64,000 nucleotides of DNA from Octopus sinensis (taxonomy: Eukaryota): contig NW_021836126.1 of the NCBI RefSeq assembly GCF_006345805.1, positions 186,001 through 250,000 of the forward strand. The letters are read 5' to 3'. The position numbers were made by a program, and so were the translations under genes. Below the pieces are notes generated by a model. It worked only from the letters and a program-made list of their open reading frames with translations. It ran no database searches and was not told where the DNA came from. How positions within the stretch are numbered: position 1 is the first letter of the stretch; every line of letters starts with the position of its first letter. Shown here in pieces: positions 1-11,591 of this stretch.

Positions 1-3000
1 ATGCTTTCTTGAAACAATTTGTAATTTTCATTTTTGATACTTCTAACCAAGCTTGATTTATGAATATCTTTCCGTAACTTTTTCGTGATCTACATTGTCA
101 TCATTAATATAAAATTCAATCAATTATGCACATAGGAATTGTCTATACCTGTCTTTGGATGATTTTATTGTTTCTTTAACAAGGGGTTGTAACTTTGATG
201 TTGTATTTGGAGGGAAAAAAGAGTTTGATGTTACTGAACTCTAAATCATGTGAGTGTACGTAGCATTATCAAGCAAAATTAGAATTTTTCTTTTTTGGAA
301 AATCATTTTTTATTCAATTCTAAAAGCCATTCTGAGAAATAACCATATGTCATCCATGCTTTTTTATTTGATTTGTATTCCACTTGTAAATTATTAGTTA
401 AATTTCTCCTTTAAAGCAGCGTGGATTTTTGACTTTGTGTGGATATTGGAGAACCAATCCCTTCAGATGTTTGAAATCCTCACGTGAAAGAGACAGAAGG
501 AGTTGAGTGCAGTCGAGCAGGATGAGTGCGAAATGCTCATCAAACGACGTATTTTGTGGAATATCATGTCCAATCACTGCTCCAAGAGGGAGTTGAAAAC
601 TGCCTTGAGGGAGAAGGGGCTCGTCAGGACGATCAAACTTGGCACAGGACGTCTATAGAATAGTCCAGGACTTGCCTGCCGACGTTATTGACGACTATAG
701 GCACATGGTAATTGCGTGGATGGCCGGTTCTCTTGTTTTTTTATTTTCGAATAATTTTATTAAAGTCAAAAAATGGTGTTATATTCAGCATTTTCTAGAC
801 TCAGCATTTTTTTGACCACATTGTCAATGTGGGAACAGGCAAGTGCCAGCAGTTTAGCCTTGGTCTACGTATGAGCAGGCCACTCAACATAACGGTTTAT
901 TAGACAGATTTTTGTCCGAGTCAACAGTTAATGATCTGTTCGACAAAACATTAAAAAATAATCTAGTTTCGTCCAAATTAAAAACATTTTTTTAACAATA
1001 TTGTTCTAATTTGGGGCATTCTGTAAAATTTTGAATCATAGAGATTTCAACAAATTGGTTATCCCACATAAAGCACGGGAAGCAATGCAATGTCGATTTT
1101 TAAATTTCTCAGCCCATCCATTTGATGCTTGAAATCCTTGAATATTACAAAAAATCTCTGTCGAATGTTGAGACTTGGGCAAGTAAATTTTCTTCTTTTT
1201 TGGTCATATTGAAAGTAAGTATTTTTTCAGAATTTTCTTTTTGCAGCTCAAGAAACATTGAAATAAAGGGATAAATCACGGTCTGTGTAATGTCTATTTT
1301 ATGATAAAATTCGATTATTTCTTTCTTTTGTGAAAATGACAGGCGTTTTCAATTTTCCACGATGCTAACCACTGTAGAGCGTGTAATTTATTTATTTTGA
1401 AGAATTTTAAATATACAGATGTAAAAATATTAAATTTAATATTTATTAGTTCACAAAAAATTGACGTTCATTTTATAATTAATATATTAATGAGATTCAC
1501 TAATATTTGTTTTTGTAGATTGCGGTGACAGATTGCATTAATATTTCCTGTTCACTATGGAGAGCGCTGTCAATAATCAAATTTTGACTAATATATTTTT
1601 AATAATTATTAATTTTTTTGAAGAAATACAAATATATAATGATTCTCTCATCGTGTTCTATGCATTTTGGTTGTTGTGGTTTTGCTGTTTTCAACAGTTG
1701 ATAATTATTTTTTATTCAACATTTTTAAAATAATTTTGCATATGCATTTTATTTTTTTTATACTTTTTTTTTAAACAAAAGAAATTAATTTTTGTGTAAC
1801 TAATTAGCAGTAGAGGACAAGATGGAATGGCAATTCCCACTCAAGATGGCTATTGATATAAGCGTTGGAAAAGCCATGTCCGTTATCGATGATTGTTTTT
1901 CCTTCTGCTTGCCAGATTCCCCAATTTAATGAGAAATTTTTTAGTCATGGGACCGAGGACAGCATTTTATTGAAGATTAAATATTGGGTACATGTAGAAT
2001 ATCTTGATAAAAGTTATTTTACAAGTTAATTTGTGTCTATTTTATTACTAATTTCAATTCAATGCATTTTTTAAATATCGATTGTAGTTTCTTGTATGCC
2101 TTGTTTTTATTAAACTTTGATTTAATTGCTGTAAAATTTTAATTTCCTTATCATTTATAATCTATTTTCTATATCGAATTGTTTTTAATTTAAAGAGAAG
2201 GGGATAACGCTGTCACATGCGCGATTTTATCGAACAGAATGTTGTTTTTACTGTTAATACTGATAACCTCATTGATATCCACATTCATGTTTGATATTTT
2301 CATGCTAATGAATTCGCCAGTAATAATTTGTTTCGGTACTTATTTTTGCACCATCAGTGCATATTCCACAACATTTAATACATTTTGTCTCAAATCAATT
2401 TTATTAACAATTTCTTCAATTGTAGATCGTAAAATGGGTTCACAGAAATAATTGATTGCCTTTTCTGAAACCATTATAATTTTCCATCAAAAAGATGGCA
2501 ATTAGTTAACCATTTCAGGATGTTTTGTTTGGAAATGTCCTTTTAATTTATTTGAAAGCATTCTTTCGTTATTTAAATATTCGTCATAAATAATGAAAAA
2601 GGGACAAGGCACATTTTTGATAATCTTGACAAAATTCATATAAATTAAATTAATTTTTTTATATTTAAAATTTTTTGCGACGCACCAAAATATATTTACC
2701 TACACAAAAAAGCGTAGGCTGAGAACTTTTGCTTTCATACACATATTTATACAATATTGTGATTGTAAAACCAAAAATTATAACAACCATTGCACTTCTC
2801 CATTCCCATAAGCGAGTGTCTAAAGTTTTGCTTGTGCCAGCCACATAATTTTTACAAAAAAGAGAGCCAGAGAGTTAATTATTTTTAATTAATTTCAAAG
2901 TAGGAGGACCATTAATTATGCTTCTCTTATAGTTTCTCCAGCTTGACAATAAACTTGGAGTCTTCGAAATATGAGTGGAAAGTTGATCAATCCAATCGAA

Positions 3001-3139
3001 CGCTTTGCTGATTTTGAGAGATACAATGTATCAATCGGATGTATACAAGAAACAAAGTTCTTGGAAGGGGCTGGGGAGTGCCGTGCGAAAGAATTTTGAA
3101 GCTATCTTTAAAAAAATATTGGAAAGAAGGAATTTCGAT

Positions 3140-3400
3140 TTCAAAGTAAGAATCAAGACTTTATTTTGGCCTGAACTGTTTTGGCTTTAAAGTTATTGTC
3201 TTTGTCAACAATATTCTTTATTAATTTGAGTAGTTTATTCCGATCAATCCAATCGAACGCTTTGCTGATATCAATTCCGAGAATATGGATCACGACTTTA
3301 TACTTCTAACATAACGCAACGAATTAACGTCGGCTTTAAACTAAATCGGCTGTGGATCTTTCAAAACCACTTTCGCCTAAGCACAGATTTGCATGACGTA
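3140..3400 (-). mobile_element. RTE-like LINE RT fragment (homolog at 62590-62850)
   Basis: Minus strand GIDISKAFDWI with an RSTAD-type motif upstream. A small plus-strand APE piece (RYNVSIGCIQETK) lies at ~3020-3065. Confidence 0.6.
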
Positions 3401-5163
3401 TTTTGATATTCTGTCAAATGCAATAATTGACAGACATTTCTTTGTAGTAGTCACCACAACATTCGGCTTCAGGTCACTCCTTCGTTTTTCCGGATTTTGA
3501 ATAGGGATTAATAATCCCTATCCCAATGGGAGCAAACAATGATGTAGAAAACAGCTGTTAAAATTTAAGCTATTATCATCGAGAGTGAGTCAAGTGCATA
3601 TTTTAGAAGTTCAATTGGAATTGAATCAGGACTGTTCATATTTAAAGGTAAAAATGCTCTTTTATATTTTATAAAAAATAGCAAGCCTGGTTAAGAGCAA
3701 TGGAGACGGAATGGAATGGTAAGAGCAGGATAAGAGTTCCTCAACTGTGTAAAGCGATCGTTATTGGTAGAAAAGTTATGTCCATATTTTTATGTTTAAT
3801 AGAGATAAATTGTCTTTTAGCACCTTATTAGGCAGTTTCTAAGCCTTCTTCTGAAATTACGAAACTCTTGTATTTTAAGTAGACTTTAATGGCGATATTT
3901 CATCCATTTTTAAGATTTTTCCAAAGAGGGCTTATCGGCTTTTCAGCCCATCAATGATTATAGGCCGCGAACTGCACATTTTATAAAGACATTCATTTTA
4001 GCACCAATTTTAGGAACAGGAAGAATGGAAGGAGTTGTGTGAAGAGCCATTCTGTGTTCACTTCAAAGAATCTGACTTGGCAATTAATTCGTTAATTAGT
4101 TTTTCTTAATTAATAGAGGTCAAAGACAAGTCTCATAAAAATTGGAAATATTATTTTTTTCCATATTTATTAATTTTTCATTAAAAAATTTTGAAAAAGA
4201 TTGAATTCAATGTACTTTTTTCAATTTTTCTTTCCGAAAGAAAACAAAAAAAAGTTACATTATCAATTTGGATTTGTCAGTGGCTGGACCGCGTACCAAT
4301 ATTAATTATTCTCGTGCCATAGAAATTTATTTACGTTATTTTTCATTTTTTGAGCAAATAAAAATAAAAAAGTAGCTTTTCGTATTCATTACTAATTAGC
4401 TCGACTTAAATGAATAAACAATGAATATGTTACGGGAAAAGTCATTAATCTGGGCAATTTTGTTAAGTCCCAGGATTAATGTTAATTATTTAATTTTTTT
4501 ACAAATAGTTAGTTAGTTAGTTAAAGCCGTAATCAGCCGTGTCCGGCCATTGGCTGATCCTGAGTTGTCAAATGCCTCCACGAGTTCGAGTCCAAAGCAG
4601 AGATCGTCCACGAGTCCTTGTCCTGTGAACAATTTGACAAGAGGATTTTCTTAGAAGAGATGATAAAGGGGTAGGATGCCAGGTCTTTAATACAAATAGT
4701 GAATGTTAATTTAATCGGGTTTCGGATTACTTTTTTCATGTACAAAATAAAATGAAAATATTATGTCGCGAGCGCTGCGAGCGACCGAGCGCTGAGAGCG
4801 ATTTTGACGCCTAACAAGCCTGTCATCAACAAATATATTTATTAAATTATTTAAAATTTTAACATGATTTAAATTAAAATTGAAATAACTTAAGTTTTCC
4901 ATTGAATCCCATAAAATAATATATAAGTAGACCTTAATATAAAAAGTAAAATCAATGAATACTGAACGCTAATTTGGTTTAGGTTGTGAGGGGGGTAATA
5001 ATTTGACAGATCTCATTGCTATTTCTCGTTTCAATCTCTAAAATTAGGTCTTCTAATCACAAATGAACTGTGCAGACAGGCTTGCTCCTTCAGAAGATTC
5101 TTGTTTTGACATTTTAATAAATTATGAAGCATTTAGATTTTTTCTCATTATTCTAAAATATCA

Positions 5164-5407
5164 ATTATGAATTTTAAAATATTATTTTATTTATGAAATC
5201 GGTTTTAAAGCTCATTCTGCTTTGGCATCGATTTTAATTTTTGTTATCGAATATATATAATCCCAAATACAAGCCTGGGTATTTGAATTTTAAAATATTA
5301 TGAATTTTAAAATATTATTTTTATTTATGAAATCGGTTTTAAAGCTCATTCTGCTTTGGCATCGATTTTAATTTTTGTTATCGAATATATATAATCCCAA
5401 ATACAAG
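5164..5407 (+). repeat. ~110-bp direct duplication (5164-5273 / 5297-5407) around the first target motif
   Basis: Two near-identical copies of ATTATGAATTTTAAAAT...CCCAAATACAAG are separated by CCTGGGTATTTG plus a short filler. Confidence 0.9.
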
Positions 5408-6384
5408 GCAGCAAACAAAGTCTAGTGGAGCCCTGCGGTCGGCATTGTATCAATTGTGACCGCCCCGGCCACCTCGCATCGTATGGTGGATGCCCTACGG
5501 CCAAAGCTGCAACAGCAGCTAAATGGGCCGCCCGCGCAGAAGCAATGCCTCGGTCTCCTAACCCAACCCGCATGGTAATGGTAAAAGCTAAGCCGGTCAC
5601 GCCTATCTGGAAAGTACGGCCGCTAATAACCCCGTGTGTGGCGGACGCCCATACCCAGACGACGCAAGTCGTTGAGGTTGGTGCGCAGAGCATGCAGGCC
5701 CCTGTCGCCGAGGCTATGAAACCGAGGCCCGTCAGCCCAATAAGGAACGGTACTCAGCAGGCCAAAACGCAGGCGAAGGTAGACTCTCAAAACAAGGATG
5801 CTCTGTTGGAATTTTACCAACGCTGTGTCGACGCACTGCTGAAACTGGGAGTCAAACCCAAGAAGCTAGTAGAGCTCCTATCAGAGAGGAGCTCGTCAGC
5901 AAAATGACCACGCCACTAAAAATCATCGCTGTGAATGCCCGATCTGTCAAGAGACGGCACCTCGACTTCGTTGAGATGGTAAACAGCGGCCATCCTGACT
6001 TAATCGTCGTCAACGAGTCTAAGCTGAAAGAAGGTCAATGCTTCGAATTGCCAGGATACTGCTCCCTTGACCTGAAATGGAGAAATAAGTCTACGCCGAT
6101 CTACGCGCCCCGCTACCCAACTGGGCAGAGGAGAAATCTCCACTAATCGAGAAAGTCATCCTTGATTCCATCCGAACTTTTCGTCGGCGGTCTCAGGTGA
6201 CCGATCTTTTCGTGGATCGCGTCTGAAATTCAATCAGAGAGTGACTCTTCAAAAACCCGGCTCATATATTCCCTTAGGACGAATCTCGGCAGAGCTCGAC
6301 TGTCTTCGCAGTCGTCTCGTTTAACCTCGTCCAACCTTTTTACTTAGTCTCTGTTTTACTTACAATAAAACTTTCCATTCCTTT
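5408..6384 (+). mobile_element. LINE copy E1: 5'-truncated, internally deleted non-autonomous element
   Basis: ORF1 C-terminal part (CINCDRPGHLASYGGC knuckle, stop at 5907) and ORF2 APE N-terminus (IIAVNARS...VNESKL). The sequence jumps at ~6090 to the ORF2 C-terminus (PLPNWAEEKSPLIEKV...VTDLFVDRV*, homologous to PIPPWLEAKTPTVGEI of E2). It ends in AATAAA and a (TTCC)-like tail. Confidence 0.85.
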
Positions 6385-6443
6385 CCTGGGTATTTGAGTA
6401 TTTTGCATTTGGCCATCTTGATTTGTGATTTGGATACTGTTTC

Positions 6444-7604
6444 ATGGTACGTTTGGCTTCTCGTGGTGCAAAGAATAAAGTGAATAAAAATTCAAAATCT
6501 TCCGATTTTCAGGACCAACGGAATACTGTGTGTAAAGATGATATTTCTCTCAAACATGAGACAGAGGTTCACTCTTCCATAGACACCTTGAACAATCGCA
6601 ACGCATTTGAATCGCTCGTCCTCTCTCTGGAGATAAAAAACCCTGCGCTTGGACGGATTAAATGTTTCAATATTTTAACAAAATCTTTGACTGCTCGGAA
6701 GGCTCGTATAACTGCAAAGAAATCGGGGCATTTTACCCTAGAATTCAATAACCGAAGTGACAGGGATTCTTTTGTGAATGACCTGAACAATAACAAGCCA
6801 TTTGGTCATGATGGCCATAAAATCTCGGAATGTTGTTTGCAACCCTCGACAGTAATTTTGAAGGGAATTCCTTTCTGGGTTTCCGAAGAAGACCTGGAGC
6901 TTTACCTAAAGGAGACTCTCCAGCCTGGCTTTTCTTTCCAACGGTTTAATAAAAATGGAAGGAATATGCCAGTTGGAAAATTGACCTTGAAGTCAAGGGC
7001 AGAAGCCACTTCACTTGTCAGAATGGGAATTGAAGTGGGTTTTCAAAAAATACGCTGTGAGTGGTTCAAAAACCCTGCTACAAGATGTTTTCGATGCCAA
7101 AAATTTGGCCACATTTCAAACTACTGCAAAGAGGTAGAAAGATGTCTTTTTTGTGGTGGAGACCATAATATGAAGTTCTGTTCAATTAAAGAAAAAACAG
7201 AGAATAAATGCATTAACTGTGGTTTAAATGGACATTTGGCTTGTTACGGAGGCTGCCCTTCAGCTAAGGCAGCTACTGAACAATTACGCATAAAAAGCTC
7301 AACTAGAGAGCTAAATAACAACAAATGGGTCAAAGCAGAGCCAGTCAAATCTGTATGGGAAAAATCCAAAGTGTTGCATTGCTGTGAATCCGCAACACAA
7401 ACGGATGTTTATGAGGATACTATTATGTCCTCCTTTACCAAAAATTCGGAGTTTACAACTCACGTTAAGCCTCAACCGTCAACCATCGATGTTGAGCTTA
7501 CCTCTATGATTAAAAAAATAATCACTATATGTTGGGAAAAAGGATTCGATATTCACAATCTGTGGCCCCTTTTCTTTGAAGGGCAAATGATTGACCATTC
7601 ATGA
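6444..7604 (+). CDS. LINE E2 ORF1, gag-like nucleic-acid-binding protein, 386 aa
   Basis: Three Cys/His knuckles: CFRCQKFGHISNYC, CLFCGGDHNMKFC, CINCGLNGHLACYGGC. Confidence 0.92.
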   Translation: MVRLASRGAKNKVNKNSKSSDFQDQRNTVCKDDISLKHETEVHSSIDTLNNRNAFESLVLSLEIKNPALGRIKCFNILTKSLTARKARITAKKSGHFTLEFNNRSDRDSFVNDLNNNKPFGHDGHKISECCLQPSTVILKGIPFWVSEEDLELYLKETLQPGFSFQRFNKNGRNMPVGKLTLKSRAEATSLVRMGIEVGFQKIRCEWFKNPATRCFRCQKFGHISNYCKEVERCLFCGGDHNMKFCSIKEKTENKCINCGLNGHLACYGGCPSAKAATEQLRIKSSTRELNNNKWVKAEPVKSVWEKSKVLHCCESATQTDVYEDTIMSSFTKNSEFTTHVKPQPSTIDVELTSMIKKIITICWEKGFDIHNLWPLFFEGQMIDHS

Positions 7605-10234
7605 GTTCATATCTAACTATAATTGCGGTGAACGCACGCTCTCTAAAGAGAAGACGTGCAGAAATTGAGAACATGTTATCTACTAATCCCGTGGACCTTT
7701 TAATTGTGAATGAAACAAAATTAAAACAACAGGATGATTTTTATCTGAATGGCTATTACTCCCTAGATATCAAATGGAAGTCGGGTTCGATAGCTGGAAC
7801 GGGGACTTCTATATTTTACAAATCAACTTTGAGAGTGAAAAATTTGAAAATTGTTTCTGAAGAACTCTGTGAATTTGTCACAATCGATGTTCGACTTGAA
7901 AAAACATGGATTAAAATTGGAGGGATGTATTCGAAATATCTTTCTAAATACCCATCGCTTATCAAGAATTTTTTCGCTGATAAGCACAAGCCATTATCAA
8001 TACTCCTTGGAGATTTGAATGCTAAGTGCTCCTCCTTCGGCTGTATGGGGACTAACAGGGATGGTCTCATTCTTAAGAAACTTTCAACATCCTTTGGATT
8101 TTCAGTCTTCACATCCAAAACACCGAATCATTACTCTCCAGGAGGGTGGGACTATTTGGGCTTGGCTTTGGTGTCTTTGCCTGCCCTTAAACTCTTGGAA
8201 GAACCGATTACTATCAATGACATTGGGAGTGATCATCTGCCGATCTTATATAAACTCAACGTCACCCCGTTGAAGGTTACGCCTACTTTCATACGATACA
8301 ACCTTACTCCCATAAACTGGGATCACTACAGAAAATGTTTTGAAATTTATCTGAACAAATTTGCCCCTCAACTTGGGGATAATTCTTCAGGAGAAGATTT
8401 GGAAAAGTCGAGCAATTTTCTTATTGGCTTCATAAAGTCTTATCTAGAAATATACTCTTCCAAAATCACCTCTAACAGTAAGAAAATTCCGTTGACATGC
8501 AAAAATGTTGCAGTCCTTTTAAAGAAAAAACAATGCCTAAGGAACAAACTTTGTCGTTGTGTGGACTTTCACGACCGATCTGTTCTAAAAAACGAAATAT
8601 TTGCCATTTCCCAGGAAATAAGAAGGTCAACAATTGCTGCTAAGAATAAAGAATGGAAGGCTGAATGCAATAAATTACATAAAGCAAATCCAAACTTTTG
8701 GAAAGTTTTCGGGAAATTATCCACTTCAAAATCCGAGGAAGCAATACCGAAACTGTTAAATCAAGATGGATTCCCTGCTTCTCTTGAAGAAATACCAAAT
8801 ATATTTGGAGACAGTCTTAAAGGAACTCAGGAGGTCAACCCGGACTTACTGTTATCTGGACCAGCACTGTGTCATATGAAAAAAGAATTGGATGGACTCC
8901 TCAGCTCGTTGCCTTTGTGCACGATAGCTATAAGTTGCAAAGACGTGGAGGACGCAATAAAATGCTCGAAGGATAATGCCCCAGGAAGAGACAAGATAAC
9001 AATGCGATTGTTCAAAGAAGCACCGAGGGAACTTTATGAATATTTGAGATGTCTTTTCTCCTGTAGTCTTCATCTGGGATACGTCCCCTCCTCCTGGAAA
9101 TTAACGGAGGTTAGGATGATACTGAAGCCAGGAAAACCTCGCTACTTGCCAACAAGCTATAGGCCGATAAGCCTGATTCCTACCATCAGCCGAATCATGG
9201 AAAGGATATTGCTGTGGAGACTCTCGGAACATGTGGAGAGCAAAAATATTTTAAAAAATGCGCAGTGGGGTTTCCGCAGCAATCGCTCTTGTGGGGACTG
9301 TCATTATACGGTTAATTCGTTAATTATGAAGGCTCTGGATACCAAGGGATCTCTGACGATGGCATGTCTTGACATTTCGAAGGCATTCGACAGTGTATGG
9401 CATTTTGGCCTTCTGAGACATCTGGCGAAGTGTCAGATAGATAGAGAACTGTTTCTATGGCTACAGGACTTCCTCCGCGACAGACGATCAGTGGTTAGCT
9501 TACTGAACCATGACTCGGATGAGCTAAAATTAAAAAGAGGTGTCCCCCAGGGATCAGTACTCAGTCCTCTGTTATTCAACATTGTAATGAGTAATCTACC
9601 TTCTCCAAATGATGTACGGACGGAAATTCTAATATATGCGGATGATGTGGTCATCCTCGATGTTTCACCGAAACCTGCCTTATCTGAACAACGAATGCTG
9701 TCATATATGGAAGAGATCGAACATTGGTGCAGAAATAACATGCTGACTGTCGCACGTGAGAAGTCTGCCCAGTTGAGAATCACAGAAAGTAGAAATCTTA
9801 AAAATTCACCATGTCTGATTACTAACATACCACGACAACATTCAATAAAATACCTGGGATTGCAAATTGAAGAAAATGGTAAATACACTGAATATGCGAA
9901 AATTCGGAAAAAGAAAGCAACAAACGCTCTGTTTTGCCTAAGAAAGTTTAATCTGGAACCAGATACTTTCCTTTATGTTTTTAACACGGTGATCTTACCA
10001 GGACTTATATTTGGAAAAGAGGCATGGTACTTCTCTAGAAAGAGGAGTTCCATTATCGAGAAGTTCGAAAAAACTCGGAGACTGGCGTTAAAAATCGCCT
10101 ACTCCCAAAGCCCGGAATGCCCGATTCCCCCATGGCTCGAGGCTAAAACGCCTACGGTGGGGGAAATCGTTGAAAAAGGCATCAAAAACTACAAACTTTG
10201 GTCAACAGTCACTGGGACTTACCTGCAAAGGTAA
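7601..10234 (+). CDS. LINE E2 ORF2, APE endonuclease-reverse transcriptase, 877 aa
   Basis: APE motifs NARS, NETK, GDLNAK and SDHLPI. RT motifs SYRPISL, LDISKAFD, GVPQGSVLSPLLF, YADD and KYLG. No RNase H or C-terminal knuckle is evident. Confidence 0.97.
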   Translation: MSSYLTIIAVNARSLKRRRAEIENMLSTNPVDLLIVNETKLKQQDDFYLNGYYSLDIKWKSGSIAGTGTSIFYKSTLRVKNLKIVSEELCEFVTIDVRLEKTWIKIGGMYSKYLSKYPSLIKNFFADKHKPLSILLGDLNAKCSSFGCMGTNRDGLILKKLSTSFGFSVFTSKTPNHYSPGGWDYLGLALVSLPALKLLEEPITINDIGSDHLPILYKLNVTPLKVTPTFIRYNLTPINWDHYRKCFEIYLNKFAPQLGDNSSGEDLEKSSNFLIGFIKSYLEIYSSKITSNSKKIPLTCKNVAVLLKKKQCLRNKLCRCVDFHDRSVLKNEIFAISQEIRRSTIAAKNKEWKAECNKLHKANPNFWKVFGKLSTSKSEEAIPKLLNQDGFPASLEEIPNIFGDSLKGTQEVNPDLLLSGPALCHMKKELDGLLSSLPLCTIAISCKDVEDAIKCSKDNAPGRDKITMRLFKEAPRELYEYLRCLFSCSLHLGYVPSSWKLTEVRMILKPGKPRYLPTSYRPISLIPTISRIMERILLWRLSEHVESKNILKNAQWGFRSNRSCGDCHYTVNSLIMKALDTKGSLTMACLDISKAFDSVWHFGLLRHLAKCQIDRELFLWLQDFLRDRRSVVSLLNHDSDELKLKRGVPQGSVLSPLLFNIVMSNLPSPNDVRTEILIYADDVVILDVSPKPALSEQRMLSYMEEIEHWCRNNMLTVAREKSAQLRITESRNLKNSPCLITNIPRQHSIKYLGLQIEENGKYTEYAKIRKKKATNALFCLRKFNLEPDTFLYVFNTVILPGLIFGKEAWYFSRKRSSIIEKFEKTRRLALKIAYSQSPECPIPPWLEAKTPTVGEIVEKGIKNYKLWSTVTGTYLQR

Positions 10235-10422
10235 TTCTATACTGAGACGTTGGGGTCCCTCTTTTCTTTTTGTTTCGCGGAAGAAGTCGGTAAGCAAGCC
10301 TTACCGTTTCATTAATTATTACCCCACATACTATTCGTTGTTACCTAAATAAAGTTGTTACCTTACCTTACCTACCTACCTGGGTATTTGTATTTTGCAT
10401 TTGGCCATGAGAATAATTGGGC

Positions 10423-11591
10423 ATGACACGTTTCGTTTCTCGTGGTGCAAAAAATAAAACTATCAAAACTCAAAATCTTCTGTGTCTCAAGAGCTTGAAC
10501 GCAAAGATGAAATCCGTATCAAAGATGAGGAGGGGTCACACTCCTCTCAAGTCTCTTTGAACAATCCAAACTGTACTGAGTCTCTTGTCCTCTCGCTGCA
10601 GATAAAAAATTATGCGATTGGACGAATAAAGTCCTTTAATATTCTAACCAAATCCGAGACTGCACAGAAGGCCCGAATTACTGCCAGGAAGTCTGGGGAC
10701 TTTACCCTCGAATTCTCAAATTCTAGTGATAGGGACTCGTTTGTGAATGACTTCGAGTATAACAAACCATTTGGCCAGGACGGCCATTATATTTCTGCGT
10801 GCAGTCTGCAACCATCGACCGTAGTCTTGAAGGGAATACCATCTTGGGTCTCCGAGGAAGACCTGGATCTTTACCTCAAAGAAATTCTCAACCCCGGTTT
10901 TACTTTCCAACGGTTCTACAAAAATGGACGGAGTATACCTGTTGGAAAGTTGAGTCTGAATTCGAGGGCAGAAGCCACTTCGCTTGTAAGGATGGGAATC
11001 GAAGTGGGATTTCAAAAAATACGATGCGAATGGTTTAAAAACCCAGCAACAAGATGCTTTCGCTGCCAACAATTTGGTCACATTGCTAACTTCTGCAAAG
11101 AAGTGGAAAGATGTCTTTTCTGTGGTGGTGATCATAATATGAAAATGTGCCCGATTAAAGGAAAAACTGAGAAAAAATGTATAAACTGCGGTCTGAGTGG
11201 GCATTTGGCTTGCTACGGTGGCTGCTCTTCAGCTAAGGCAGCCACTGAACAACTAAAAAAGCAGCTCAGTGCCAGGGACAGACTGGCCAAAGCAGAACAC
11301 TCAAAAACTGTATGGTCAAAAGCGGAGGCCGTTGAATCTGTATGGCGAAAACCCACAATTTCCCGCTGTTTTGACTCCTCAACGCAAACAGATGTTAGTG
11401 AAGACGCAACTTTGCCTCCCAATACACAACACACAGAGCCTCCAACCCGCTTTAAGAGGAAAGCACCAACTATCGACGTTGAGCTTACCTCTATGATTCG
11501 CAAAATAATCGCTATATGCGATGAAAAAGGCCTCGATATCAACAATCTGTTGTCCCTTTCTCTTGGAAGGGAAAGGATTGATCAGGCGTGA
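10423..11591 (+). CDS. LINE E3 ORF1 gag-like protein; probable ATG at 10423 with a 1-nt frameshift in an A-run near 10460
   Basis: MTRFVSRGAKNK at 10423 is homologous to E2 MVRLASRGAKNK. The track ORF from 10482 carries three knuckles. Confidence 0.85.

Larger units (their letters stand above)
6397..10378 (+). mobile_element. LINE copy E2: full-length non-LTR retrotransposon (Jockey/I group), both ORFs intact
   Basis: 5'UTR GTATTTTGCATTTGGCC, ORF1 and ORF2, 3'UTR hairpin, AATAAA and a (TACCT/TACC)n tail. Bounded on both sides by CCTGGGTATTTG. Confidence 0.95.

Noticed and set aside
520-535. In-frame TGA as evidence of an alternative genetic code
   Set aside because: TGA, TAA and TAG all act as terminal stops in recognisable genes and LINE ORFs, and a single case in a decayed fragment is uninformative.
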